Shown here piece after piece: positions 12,651-25,916 of a stretch of DNA of 64,000 bases. How positions within the stretch are numbered: position 1 is the first letter of the stretch; every line of letters begins with the position of its first letter. The notes beneath the pieces were generated by a model. The model was not told the origin of the DNA, searched no databases, and was given only the letters and a program-made list of their open reading frames with translations. Both the position numbers and the translations under genes were made by a program. Source of the DNA: Haliotis rufescens (Eukaryota); NCBI RefSeq assembly GCF_023055435.1, contig NW_025963913.1:5580001-5644000 (forward strand), given 5' to 3'.

Positions 12651-13936
12651 GGACAAAAGTCAGTATCTCTTTCTAAAAATCTGCTTGGGTTGGAAGGAGG
12701 GGGGAGAGACTTTGCATTGATATTGAGTTGCATTTTTGGCTAGGATGCAGCAGTTGCATTAATTTAGAGGCGCATTTATGTCAAGATTTACGGTACACAG
12801 TCCTACTGAATACTCATGCTCTATACAATCACACCTGTTGACAGTTAATGTGTACAGAAGCCTTGAAAAGTTTAAGATAAAAAATATATATATTCTAATA
12901 AAAAACCCTGTCTGATGTTTTATTAACATTTGGATGCAGTTGAATTAATATCAAATTGTGGCCCAAGTCACAATTATTGTCAGGTAAGCCAGGTGAGCCA
13001 GGTGAGCGTATCTTCAACGTGATCAATCTGATGATGACAGGAGAAACAGTACATGGCACTATTACAATATGTAACATGACTTCACGCTGGAATTCAAGTA
13101 TCCTAGCTTGTCCAGCATATTATTTCTACATTCTATTATCATAAATACCCATGACCCATTTGAGTGAGTGAGGGAGTGGGTATGGTTTTACGCTGCCTTA
13201 AGCAATATTCCAGCAATATCCTGTTGGGGGACACCAGAAATGGGCTTCACACATTGTACCCATGTGGGGAATCCAACCTGGTTCTTCAGTGTGAAGAGCA
13301 AACAGTTTTAAAGAAGTGACGATACCATCTCTTCCAATTTTGTTGTCTCTTGTCCGAAAGCTTGAAATCAACAAATGAACTCTTCTGAACAGTTCAGATA
13401 GATTCCAAAACTGTGTGAGCGAGTCCTCCGCAAGCTTCATCAAATCAGAAATATCATGATGTTTGCACTGGAATACGGTTTCCCTGAGTATTAAGACTGA
13501 GGCAGGTAAGTCCTTATACTCTCAGCCAATCCTAGGTGTCCTGGAGGCGATATCCAACAAGAGGAGACAGGTACAGGTGATGTGTCAATCATGAAAAAAT
13601 AGGTTAATTTGATTGGATGGCTATTCCTAGCATCCTGTCATTTGAACTGGACTTAAGATTCTAAGAATGCAGCTATAGTGTGAATTGGCCTAGGGAATTT
13701 ATCAAAATATACTGGGTAATACACTAGATACTTAAGAATGGTTTGTTCGTTAGTCTGTTTGTTTGTTTAACGCTGAACAATATTCCATCTATGACAGCAT
13801 GTAAATATTGAGTCTGGACAATCTACGCAATTGGGAAACGATGACATGCAACAACCAAGTCTGACTTCTATGTTCATAAATCCCTGTTTTCACCAGGGGT
13901 AAGCATGATGGCCATAGCCCAACAGACAGTATTTAC

Positions 13937-14062
13937 CTTGTTCCTGCCACTGTAGACCATGCTGGTGGCCCCCTGACCCAGCGGTCGGCTCAGGTCCCAT
14001 ACGAAGTTGTTGGACCCCCGCAGGACAGAGGACGACGATGATGATGATGATGAGGATGTCAT
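13937..14062 (-). CDS. TBK1: TBK1/IKK-epsilon-like kinase, coding exon 1 (poly-Ser N-terminus, Gly-rich loop)
   Basis: MTSSSSSSSSSSVLRGSNNFVWDLSRPLGQGATSMVYSGRNK; LGQGAT loop typical of TBK1/IKKe; acceptor tag|ATG, donor AAG|gtaaat, phase 0. Confidence 0.92.
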
Positions 14063-15611
14063 CTAGTAGCATTGATATAATGATATTGAAGACATGTCAA
14101 ATGGATCTAAAGGAGAGTGAATTGAGCCCAATATTACCATGATTACAGCAATATTATAACTGAGATTTGAAGGAAAGATAGTGACAGACATGGTAGGAAT
14201 GTGGCTCATGAATTATCATGTCAAATAATAGTTCTTTCTTTGTTGTCTAATACCATAGTTAGCAACGTTCCAGCCTTATCATGACAGCCTTCAAATAATG
14301 GAGTCTGAACAAGACAAACCAGTGATTGATATTATGAGCAACGTCCCATATCAGACCCTATTAACTTAGTCACTAAGTCTTAGTGCCCACTCTGCTAAGT
14401 CATCTCATAAGACAAGCAAGGGCTGGGACCTAGCTTTTCTAGCCCAGAAGTATTTCTAAAGTGTACCACTACAATCTGATTGATAGAAAAACATAGGTTA
14501 AGTAGGATTGGATCCAGAAATATATGTGACTTATGAATACTTAAAAATACTTCTCTTTGCATCATTTTTATCCCTCAATCATATATTTGGAATAAATGGG
14601 CAATGTGACTTGGCAAAATGGATACCACACTAATCAAATATTAAGTTTGATCAATATTCATCAAAACAACTTTTTTCCACACTCTGCTTAAAAGGTGGAT
14701 TCCGTTATCACACATCAGTAATTTATATAGACCTGCTCAGAGACCAGTTTTCAGCCCCAAGCAGTGATCCATGCCATCAGGGATCGATAGCAATCAGCAA
14801 GTCACCAAGCATGGCCATCAACCGTTACAACAAGCAAACTGGCTTCTGGGAAGGGAGCAATATTGAAGACAATAACCCCACAAGCAACCACTTTTACTGG
14901 GGGTAGTAATTTTACTCAGTAGGGCCTCTTACGGCCTCTTACGGCCTTTAGTCTGCAGGCAGTAATAATTCCTTCAGTAAAATTAATGTGTTTGAGTTTT
15001 GAAATAACATTTATTCTTCAAACAACTTTTGTTTGTTTCAAATCATTCGTTTTAATGCAAACACTGTCTTACATTTTGTATGTAGGAGTGAGCAGCATTT
15101 CATTGTGATTTTTGTTACACTTTTACAGTAAAACTTTGATCAATCTTTCACTTACGCTGGTGTACATGGTGTATACAAGTTGTTTTACCATAGCTTGTAA
15201 AACCCATAGGGACACAGTTAAATATTCCCTGGTGCTAAATATAGTAAATACACATACACATTAGATACATATTTGGGTAATAAGGCACTGTTTTCTCTAT
15301 ATGTAAATTGCATGGCGCACGCTACATCTAGTCCTACACTGAACACTGGCACAAGACCACTGGGGCCGATACACCTCAAAAGGAAATAATGTAATCAATG
15401 TATTTCGACATCATATGTGAACATGTCATGTTTACTTGAATAATAAAAAAAAAATGTGATCATTTGATACTATCATTATAAAGATCAAAACATACATGAA
15501 TCTGATAATGAAAGACAACTTTGGTAAGCAATGACATAATATCTTGTCTCACTGATGGACAAGCACGACTCCCGTTATGGACGGTGAACAAGTTGTCCTG
15601 AATCCACTCAC

Positions 15612-15800
15612 ATTGATTACGGCTGTAACACCTCCTGGTAACGTTATTTCTTTTCTGGTCTCATCATTATCCACTCCGACCGAAATCTGCCAACGATACA
15701 GTCGAGTATTTCCCCTCTAATTTAGCCTTGTAGACAGAGTGCCATCACAGTAGTACTGATCAAGGTAAAGGTCAGGACTGGCTTTCGCTTCCGGGATGAA
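15612..15800 (-). promoter_or_regulatory. Putative non-coding first exon and promoter of TBK1
   Basis: Donor AAT|gtgagt at 15611; ETS-like CCGGAAG at about 15788-15794; the ATG exon at 14062 is preceded directly by an acceptor, suggesting an upstream 5'UTR exon. Confidence 0.45.
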
Positions 15801-18512
15801 AGCTCCATACCGCGAACCAGTGTGTGAAGACACGATGAAGCGCCTATGAAAATATCATGTTAAGAGTTTACGAACTTATTACATCAACACAAAGATATAG
15901 GTGACGCATCGACACCCACCCAAATTGTTTCCATTTTATAACTCACCGTTTATATTGTATGTTCGCCGATAACGATTATACAGTGTAAATTATGAATGAA
16001 TGAATGAATGTAAATATGATAATTAAAATTGGTATGTATGATTGTGTGAGTTAGTGAGTGAGTTAGTGAGTGAGTGAGTGAGTTTGGGTTTTACGTCGAT
16101 TTTGGTTCATTCTCCACTAAGACTTAGTGTGTAAATTGAACTAATTTCATGCTCCAGTCATCTGTTTATACCGTTAGTTACAATGGAGCCAATGAGTACT
16201 CAACTCACCCCTTAGGCATATATTTTTGTCACAACATATGATTTGGTAACACTAGAGCTTCAGTACGCCAACTGAATGTCTTTAAATTATATCTAAAATG
16301 AGATAGATCTAGGTTTATTTTCTATACTTCATGAGAACTTCTAATAAATAGATACTTGCATCTTTAACGGAATCCCAAATGTTGGTTTGAACATGAAGAG
16401 AAGTTACGCACATATCGGTTTTCTTGTCTCAAACTCATTACGTTTCAAGAACAAAGCTAGGTGCATGTCTCCAGTTTGCAGAACTGACACGTTACCAACG
16501 AAAGTGGGAAATAGGACCCCAATAAAAGGTTGCATCTTTATCATTACACATAATCACAATTTGAAGATGCTCTTTACAATCAGCCACAACTCAACACGTG
16601 ACACAGACAACACGGATACGTTATGTTTTTACATTTCATAAAATGCCCTAAATTATGTGAACTCACAAGCTATACTTGTACTGTCTTTTAAAAATTAGGG
16701 GTAGGGATAGCTTGTAGTTTGAAGTATGAAGTGTCTGAGTGGGTTCCGGACTGGTACAAGCAGCCACACAGACACGTGCACATCGCTACATGAGTGTAAT
16801 TATCTGTACTCGTACTGTCTTTTAAAAATAAGGGGTAGGGGTAGCTTGTAGTTTGTTTTAAATCAAAATGAAAATCTCTCTGCTGGTTTCAGTTGTATGA
16901 TCTTTAAAAAGAGATGTAACGAACAAACGGTTTACAAAATAATAATATATAACATCATTCTGTGCGATGCAGTCTCATCATATCTGTTCATCTGTGATGT
17001 TAGTCAATCAACTGGCCAAAGTAGCTAATTTAGTCAGAGAAACACCACCGTCGATTATCCAGTGTACCATGTCGGACAGCTTCGTCTTGAGACCGACATT
17101 AATGCCACGACGCTAAAAACAACCGTCACGGACGAGAGAATTTCTGTGTTGACTTTCTACGAAACGAAGTTATGATGACGAATGGGTTTAGGGTATCCAT
17201 TGTAACACAATGGTGACTTGGTGAAATTGCGGTAAACGTCACTTCGAAGATGATTACACTCATGTAACGATGTGCACGTGTCTGTGTGGCTGCTTGTACC
17301 AGTCCGTAATCCACTCAGACACTTCATACTGACTCCGAGCCGTCCAGTTGTATCATTTCATTTAATTTGTTTGTTTGTTGAAAAACGCAGCACAGACCAG
17401 TGTTTGTTGTGTTGTGATGTTTACTCATATATTTAAGAAATAAACGACGAGAGGGAATTGTTTATCGTGCAATAAAACGCCGCACTCAGCACAATATTCC
17501 AGCTACATGTGGCGGTCTGTAAATAATCGAGTCTGGACCAGACAATCCAGTGATTGACATCCTGAGCATCGACCCACGCAATTGGGATACGATGACGCGC
17601 ATCAACCAAGTCAGCGAACCTGACCACCCGATCCAATTCGTCGCCTCTTACAAACATAGTCGCCTTTTACGGCAAGCATGGGTCGTTGAAGACCTATTCT
17701 AAACCGGATCTTCATGAAAAATGAAAAAATTGTGGTTGGTTTGATTAAATATAGCTTTTAAGTATGTCTTATAATGTGACATCACCTCTTGCGTGTGGAC
17801 GAACATGAGTGAATGTTAATTGACGCCAGTCCGCAATATTCCAGCTGTTATCGCGATAATCTAGTCTAACCAGTGGTAGACATGACACACAGTAAGATAA
17901 CAGCAGAGAAGTGAAGATTGTTTCACCTCGCTTGTTGCAGTATTATAGGACAGGGGGAAGGACTCAACCTCTCCGAGTGGAAGTAATAGAAATCTATTTA
18001 TATACGCATGAGGTCGTGTCTACCACTATCAGACTTATAAGTGGGTGAATCCTGTGTGTGGGTGTATGGATGTTTATGTGTTGGTTTGAGCAAATATTGG
18101 CTATATAGCGGATAAAATAATCGCCCTTCGACAGCCTTTCTCATTGATTGTCAGGTAACTATGTTTACACTGTCCCCACGAAGTAACATTGGAGGGGCGG
18201 GGCCAACAGAAATTCAACCTTCCTGGTTGCCTGGGGCAAACCCTCCACTGTTTCCTATACCAACATATTTTGTGGAGGTCAAGAAAGTGACAATTTTGTT
18301 TACTGTCCTTAGTTTACTGGTTTGGAAGATAGGGTTGTCAGGGTTCATTCATCACTACAAGTCTGACAAATGTTCATGACTTTTCCAAGGTATGATGCCA
18401 GTTTTCAATTATATTATATCAATGAAAATCCAGACAAAATAACCAACTTAACTCACTTAATTCAAACTTCTTACTTTGGTCAAAATATGTATTATTAATT
18501 ATTATATTTTGC

Positions 18513-18729
18513 CATGACTCTTTTACGATTTAATAAAAGAATATTTTCCAAAACTAATCCTAGATTTGGAAACTCAAAACTACAATTCCATGGCTTCTCC
18601 AAGATTTCATGACCCATACTCTTCATGACTCTTTTACGATTTAATAAAAGAATATTTTCCAAAACTAATCCTAGATTTGGAAACTCAAAACTACAATTCC
18701 ATGGCTTCTCCAAGATTTCATGACCCATA
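18513..18729. repeat. 111-bp tandem duplication
   Basis: Two near-identical copies starting at 18513 and 18624. Confidence 0.92.
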
Positions 18730-20089
18730 TGTCTATAACTGTCATGGTGTCAGACGTCAGCATCTCATGGACTGGTGGGATATCAAGGATAAGCTATTAT
18801 TCAATCTGTTTGTTCAGCTTTCAGAGTTTCTATTTAAGTCCTACACCTGTGTTGCAAACCTATCAGATAAGGAAGACAATGAGACAGATAGAAATTGAAG
18901 CATGGATGCATCAATTCCAAGAAACAAATAATTAGTAAGTTGTGGCCCAAACGTTAGAAACAGTTATATTGTCCTAAACAATGTAAGGTCATAGTAATAT
19001 TTGTATCATCAACCCTAAAAACAAAGCAATCCATAACAGAACATGCTTCACATATAACTCAACACTGAAACCTGTTTGAGAACTTTTATTACACAAAGGG
19101 AAAAAAGAAGTACTGCTCATTCCTTGACAGTCACACTTTTCTTTACATTCCTCAAGTCTGAATAATGATACAAACAAGGACTACAAACATCACTCCCCAT
19201 CCTCAGAAATAACAATGCATGATGTAAACAAACATTGGTTTCCCAGACACACATAAGTGAAACACCAGTGCAAGCATTCCTTCTCCCAAACAAATATTAT
19301 TTTCATTCTTCTAGTGTGAAGAACTGAAAGGTTTGTTTATCATGGATGAGGATGGTACACAGAGATTTGAGAGCAGCTGCTCTGAACATTCACACCAATA
19401 CATGCAGCAGAACTATGAGTGAGTTGAGTTCAACGCCACTTTAAACTGTATCAGTCATATCACTGCATGTCAGCTTGATGAGAGAGAAAAACTCAAAGTG
19501 ATGCAGGTCTTAGACATTAACCACTTTGGTGCAATCCACAAGCATGGGTATACTTCTACAAACCTAGACAGATAATCAGGGCGTACAGAGATTCAAACCC
19601 AGCATCGCAGGTTTCTGGCACCCAAGGGATGTAACTCTGCACAGCAAACTGCAGAGCCTTAGATGACTTGGCTACTGTGCCACCATCCCAAACAACTGAT
19701 ACAGTAAACTATGTTATAACATGCATGATGTATGGTGAATCTTTATATGCTATTTATGCTTATTTGATGCCACAGTCAGCAATATTCCAATTATATCATA
19801 GCGACTTGTAAATAATCAACGACTTAGGTGACTGGGGCACCTGTTTCCGAGCACAACTACGAGGAGTGTAGGATGACAAGGAAACTCGAGATAAATACAC
19901 AGTAACAGCATATAAATGACACAAGTATATCAATATTGACATCAAGTCTGTATTTTTATCTTATTCCTCTATACACTAAACAACAAATGGTACAAAGATA
20001 TCCTTAGTATAGTGTCAGAATATCAGAAATGAATTGTTTTTACGAACAAAATTTATGACTTACATCAATACATAGCTCAATGATAATGA

Positions 20090-20292
20090 TTATGCAAATT
20101 TGTTTTTGATGTATATAGTTTCTGGCTGGATGATGCCCCCTGTGAGCTCCTCCTCCACCGCCTCCAGCATCCAGTCATGAGTACACACCTCCAGGGCCTC
20201 CCACTCGGCCTTGAAGGCCTTCATGGGGTCCGGAGGTGCCATCATGGCCGACCCTGACATCTGCTCCTGCATAACTCTTGTCTGGTCAGCAG
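20090..20292 (-). CDS. EMC3: EMC3 exon 7 (terminal)
   Basis: AADQTRVMQEQMSGSAMMAPPDPMKAFKAEWEALEV...KNKFA*; total CDS 771 nt. Confidence 0.95.
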
Positions 20293-20721
20293 CTGGCAAC
20301 AGGCAATAGGTAAATGGTAATCAACATTTTTCAAAAACATTCCATGGCTTTTGGGGGAGTATCGGCAACTAGGCTTTTGGCTATTATGCAGTCCTCACAG
20401 ATTTAAAAAGAATCCCTGAATCACCATTTTATCCCATTCTTATTGTTCCACGATGAGGACATCAACCCACGTGTCTATGATTACCTGAAAATTTATACTG
20501 ACACAGTGTCCCAGTTTCACACATAGTTATTTACACAGTCTAGATCCTGGTAAAAAATATGGCAACATATAGTGCAGTGTTCAAAATAGTTTCTGGACAA
20601 CCCAAGCCGTTCATGTTCAGGGATGCAAATTAGCACTAGCCTGCTAGCCTGGACCAGTTTTGTTAATATTAAAGGCATCCTAAGCATTAGTAGAAATTCA
20701 AACATTTGGGGGGTATTGCTA

Positions 20722-20973
<252 letters not shown>

Positions 20974-21067
20974 CTAACATTTATCAGGATCTATATGAGT
21001 GCATCCCAAGTCTTCATTTCACTATCCTATACACTATTCAATATTAACATGGTCTTGGGAGTCCTTG

Positions 21068-21403
21068 GACTGCCTCTATGTTCTGGTGGTAGAGTGTCCG
21101 CCCGGAGAGCGGAAGGTCCGGATTTTAATCCCGGCTGTGTCATACCAAAAGACACTAAAAGATGGTACTTGTTGTTACCCTGTCTGGCGCTCAGCATTAA
21201 GGGGCTAAAACAAGGACTGGTTAGCTCGAAGTCAGTATACCATGTCTGAGTGGGTTATTCATGTTAAACTGCTTCATGGTATCTCGGTGGCCTAGCACTA
21301 TAAATCGGCATCAGTCCGAACTAGTACAAGCACGCACACTCACACGCACACGCACACACGTCGCTATAAGTGCAATAATCTTGGATGCAACATTTCACCT
21401 CAC
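21068..21403 (+). mobile_element. SINE family C copy
   Basis: Homologous to 25566-25916; 14-bp TSD CTTGGGAGTCCTTG. Confidence 0.88.
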
Positions 21404-21650
21404 CTTGGGAGTCCTTGAGGTTTGCTGCTATTGTATCAGCATCTAGAGGCCCCTCAAGTTTCATTTAAAAAATAAGGGTTATGACAAGGGCCCTATTACT
21501 TTCAAGCTAAATGTTGTACACTGCTAAAGTTAAATCTGAAAACCACATTAATGTCATCAGGTTCATCTTGCAAGAAAAGGGGAGCACTAAAATAAATTAC
21601 ATTTGAGATCTTCTTACACCATGAACACAGGGCACAGAATCCTCACTTAC

Positions 21651-21732
21651 CATGAAGCGTCGAGAGAGGCCAGCTCTACTCCTCGCTGCAACATTGGCTT
21701 AAATCTCAGCGTTAGAGGGAAGGGAACCTTTG
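21651..21732 (-). CDS. EMC3: EMC3 exon 5
   Basis: [28 protein letters not shown]; phase 1-2. Confidence 0.96.
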
Positions 21733-21890
21733 CTGTAAGCAGATGACACTTGGTTAAATTTCAATGCATCAACCACTGTCAACAATAGTCAACATTCGTG
21801 TTCATGTATAAATGTTAAAAATAAAACACAAGCACAAGATACTGAACAGGCATTTTCTTCTGTTTATTTCATGTCTTCTTCAAAAAGTAA

Positions 21891-22030
21891 GTGAGTGAGC
21901 AATATTACAGCAATATCAGACGGGGGACACCAGAAATGGGCTTCACACATTGTACCCATGTCGGGAAACGAACCCGGGTCTTCAGCGTGACGAGTGATTG
22001 CTTTAACCACTAGGCTACCTGACCACCCCC
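21891..22030 (-). mobile_element. SINE family A copy
   Basis: 14-bp TSD TCTTCAAAAAGTAA; homologous to 43518-43680. Confidence 0.86.
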
Positions 22031-22602
22031 TCTTCAAAAAGTAAATTAAGTTGAACAAAATATTCTCTTGTCTGCTTTTCATGCTTATTATTAACCCCTA
22101 TATATAAATAGCTACGTTACTGAAAATATACCTATACCTATCACTTTAACAATAAACACTAAAATGTAATAGATACTAAGATAGAAAAATATGCTACCAA
22201 TTCAAACAAATTTTAAAAGTAAACAAACTTCATATAAAATATAACTTATAAGGGAATTGATCGAAACTATTATATAATATCTATAGCTGAAAAATGCATT
22301 ACAGTAGTACCAGATTACTAATAACCCTGAGTGGTGGCACAAGGGGAAAAGCCATGACTTGTCATGTCATGTGCTTGGTTTGATTCCTGAGAAGGGGGAC
22401 AATGTGTACAGACCATTTCTGATGTTCCTCTGATATGACATGAAGGGAATGTTTCTAAAAGTGGTGTAAACCCATACTCCCTCGTTAATAACCCTTGTAC
22501 CAGTTCTACTCGGAATGTGATAAAGATAAGATTTATTTTCAATGATTATACATTGTATATGGAGAGACTGTTTGGTCATCAAAAAGGGTCTAGTCTACTT
22601 AC

Positions 22603-22707
22603 TGGTCAAGAATCCTGAAAAAGCCCAGTTGATCCAGCCCCCGATGACAATCATAGGAAGAACATTGGTGATGTTGCCTTTCATCATGTCTGTCATCATT
22701 GTCGGGT
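22603..22707 (-). CDS. EMC3: EMC3 exon 4
   Basis: [35 protein letters not shown]; donor gtaagt; phase 1-1. Confidence 0.96.
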
Positions 22708-22968
22708 CTGATAAAGGTATGATTAACATGATGAAGCTTCAGTTTCATGTATTTCACACTTGAGTCATGTACAATGTGATATGATTAAATGATGTTTCAG
22801 GATCAATTTAATAATAATTGTGTTTATTACTTTACAGGATTAAATCAAGATAATAAGTGAATACTTAAAGAGATTCTTTTCATTTACCCCCCCAATGCTT
22901 TTACATGTCAATGTCTTCCTACACTACATGTATAACACAGAGCTCTAGCACGACATGACCAAGTTTAC

Positions 22969-23062
22969 CTGTCATAGGATTCTTGACCTGGGCTTCCCTT
23001 TTTTCTGTTTTGAAGAATCCCTTTTCAGCATTGTTGAAGAAATTCTTACGAACCAAGAATGA
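22969..23062 (-). CDS. EMC3: EMC3 exon 3
   Basis: SFLVRKNFFNNAEKGFFKTEKREAQVKNPMT; phase 0-1. Confidence 0.95.
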
Positions 23063-23182
23063 CTGGAAAACAGAACAATAATTATGCATATAATTATGAA
23101 ATTTATTACTTCATCATTTTCAACAATGTTCAAGTTGGGAAGTGAAATAATAGAATAAGTTTTCTGCAACAACATAAGTTAC

Positions 23183-23240
23183 CTGTTTTGGTATATATTT
23201 TCCATTTTCTCTCAGTATTCTGCTTCTGATGAGTGCATGG
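23183..23240 (-). CDS. EMC3: EMC3 exon 2
   Basis: HALIRSRILRENGKYIPKQ; phase 2-0. Confidence 0.95.
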
Positions 23241-24186
23241 CTGTAAGAAAGCAAACAATTAATAAAGCACTGTGTATGCATAAAGCTTATAAAATCATGA
23301 CTATGATCATGAAGTTGGCAAAAAGGTTTCCTACATACAAATCCTTGGATCATAGGGCTATAGCATAAACAGCACCAAACAAAACGGTAACTAGCTTCGC
23401 ATAAATTAAACATGTTTGACATGAATATAAACTGATTTTAGATTGTTGTTGTTGTCATAGGATGAATAAACCCTAGGGAGTACTGCACTTTACCAAGTGC
23501 ATTTTTTCGGATTTAAAAGCAACGGGGGGCTTGTGCACAATCACACATAATGCATGTTAGTATTGTTACACTAAATTATATTGGATTAACGTGTTGACAG
23601 CGGTGAACTAGCTAACGCCTAAACTGAAGGGTCGTAAAGGGTTGTTTTATTTGGCAAGGGGAACTCAACCCTAAGGACCGTGAAGGTGTGTTTTATTGGA
23701 ATACCTAACCCTAAAGATCGCCAAGGGAACTGGGTCAGAAAAGGAATCCAAGGTCTAAGAGTAGAGTTGGGGCACAGTACTACCCATATACAATTCTATA
23801 ATAACAATTATAGAATTGTAGTGATGTGGTCCTATGGCTGGGTGTAGTATACCCTAACCCACAGGACCATGTGCCTCGTCTACGAGTTTTTTGCGAATTT
23901 GTTTATTATTATTAGTTAAATGATCCTGTGCCTAACCCTAAGGCAGGATCAACGAGGCACGCGTGCCACAGAGAGGAGTCTAATCAAGTCGCCAATTAGC
24001 GCTTTAAGCTGCGCCCGGTAATCTGCAGTCTTACCCAGTAACCCTGCAGTATTGCCAAAAAAATTGAATTTTCGTCTGAAAGTCTGAACTTTTGTACCGA
24101 TGCCAAAATTTATATTCGCAAATATGAGCTGTAGCTGCACGTCCGTAAACCGGCGAAACAAATTAGCTATATCCATTCCGACATAC

Positions 24187-24335
24187 CTGTCAGATACTTG
24201 CTGTAATTCGGACTTCTTTTCTGAGGATATCAAAATTGTCACATAATGTCTAATTATGCCAATCAGAAATGTGATTAAAACTATAGGTAAGAAAACCCAA
24301 ACTCTAATGTTGGAATCAAGCAGCAGCTCCGCCAT
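24187..24335 (-). CDS. EMC3: ER membrane protein complex subunit 3, exon 1
   Basis: [49 protein letters not shown]; donor gtatgt; phase 2. Confidence 0.96.
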
Positions 24336-24674
24336 GTTGATTTTCAGAGGAAGTGACGTCGGGTATCAGGGACTGTTCATTTCTATGAATTAAAATACAT
24401 TAGCATAATAGAATATTAATAAGTTGATTATCAAAGATACATTTTTTCACACTATTAATTAAGACAAATACTGTATATGATATCATAAGGCGGGTAGATA
24501 CTTACATGGTCATTGTTAATCATAATGAACGAATAAAAATATATAAAGAAACAACCCGTCCCTCGGCAACGAGCACCTGCGGGTTGACTACTTTTTACTG
24601 ATTGTCCTAGTCACTGAGGCATGGTCAAAGCAAGATATCAAGAAATGTGATATGCATTGAGGTTTCATGCAATC
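24336..24674. promoter_or_regulatory. Bidirectional promoter region between EMC3 and UXT
   Basis: Divergent ATGs only 339 bp apart; ETS-CRE composite GGAAGTGACGTC at 24349-24360; YY1-like AACATGGCGG over the EMC3 ATG. Confidence 0.65.
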
Positions 24675-24745
24675 ATGGCAGAAAGAAAATCCAAAGTAGT
24701 CGAATATGAAAAGTTCCTTAATGAAACGTTAAGAGAGGATTTAAG
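24675..24745 (+). CDS. UXT: UXT (prefoldin-like chaperone), exon 1
   Basis: MAERKSKVVEYEKFLNETLREDL; donor AG|gtatct; phase 2. Confidence 0.9.
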
Positions 24746-24971
24746 GTATCTTAGTTAAACATAGTTCAATTATCACTGAGTATTGATCTAATATTTTTGT
24801 ATAAGATCATGTTTGTTTTTGAAAGGTTATCAGCTCCTTATAAAATGTTTCCTTATATGACTCTCCTATTCAGACTTGCTAAAGTTATAGATTGGAACAT
24901 GTTGATGATCCTGCTACACATAATCAGATAATAAATAAAAACGTACCTACACTGATGATGTTACTGTAGAT

Positions 24972-25523
24972 TAGGGCAGGTACAGGTATATGTACAGGTT
25001 TAGTTGGTGCAAAGACATATATACAAGGGCTGGGACAGCTAACTCGGGTCTGGTTGGTCCTGAGCAGGATCCGGGTACCCACAGGACTACCCTGACCCGT
25101 GGTTAGTCACATATAACTCTTTCTTTCTTTCTGACGATGCACACATTACTTTTGACATGTATATGTTTGAGTAAAGATAAAGCTTCAGTCAACTTCAGTG
25201 TACACATGATCTAATCGACTGATACATGTGTATCTAAATAATTTTGCCAGGGCTGCGGTAAAACAATTCCCAATCAGACATTTTGTTCCCAACTCTTGAG
25301 ACCTGCAGTGGGTACCCGGCTAGGGTCGGGTAATAAGGGGGTCGGGTATCCGGGTAGTAAATTTGGACTCGTCCCAGCCTTAATTTAATATATATACATC
25401 TTTGGTCGGTGACAATAACATAAAACTCCATGGTTACGCTCAAGTCGCTAATGTTCACATTTCCTTCTGACCATGTGGGTAGGGTTGGATAATAGGGTGG
25501 TCGCGTACCCGGCTAGTGCCCTA
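24972..25523 (+). mobile_element. hAT-type MITE containing a nested related MITE (about 25025-25382)
   Basis: TAGGGCA...TGCCCTA termini; perfect 8-bp TSD CTGTAGAT at 24964-24971 and 25524-25531. Confidence 0.8.
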
Positions 25524-25565
25524 CTGTAGATCATGCATCAAGGTAGATCAATTCTCAAACTATGA

Positions 25566-25916
25566 GACCGCCTCCGTGGTCTTGTGGTAGAGCGTCCGCC
25601 CGGAGAGCGGAAGGTCCGGGGTTCGATCCCGGGCCGCGTCATACAAAAAGACGTTAAAAGATTGTACTTGTTGTTACCCTGTCTGGCGCTCGGCATTAAG
25701 GGGCTAAAACAAGGACTGGTCGGCTCGGAGTCAGTATACTGTGTCTGAGTGGGGTATTCATGTTAAACTGCGGCATGGTATCTCAGTGAGCTAGCACTAT
25801 AAATCGGCATCAGTCCGGACTAGTACAAGCAGCCACACACACACATACACGTGCATGCACGTCGCTATATAAGTGCAATAATCTTGGACGCGACGTTAAA
25901 CCCAATTTCACCTCAC
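25566..25916 (+). mobile_element. tRNA-derived SINE with V-like domain (family C), full length
   Basis: A/B-box head (GTGGTCTTGTGGTAGAGCG...GGTTCGATCCC); V-SINE-like GTCATACAAAAAGACGTTAAAAGATTGTAC core; (CACCT)n tail; 12-bp TSD CTCAAACTATGA. Confidence 0.88.

Noticed and set aside
23660-23945. CCTAACCCTAA telomere-like motifs
   Set aside because: Only isolated single motifs in an EMC3 intron, not an interstitial telomeric array.
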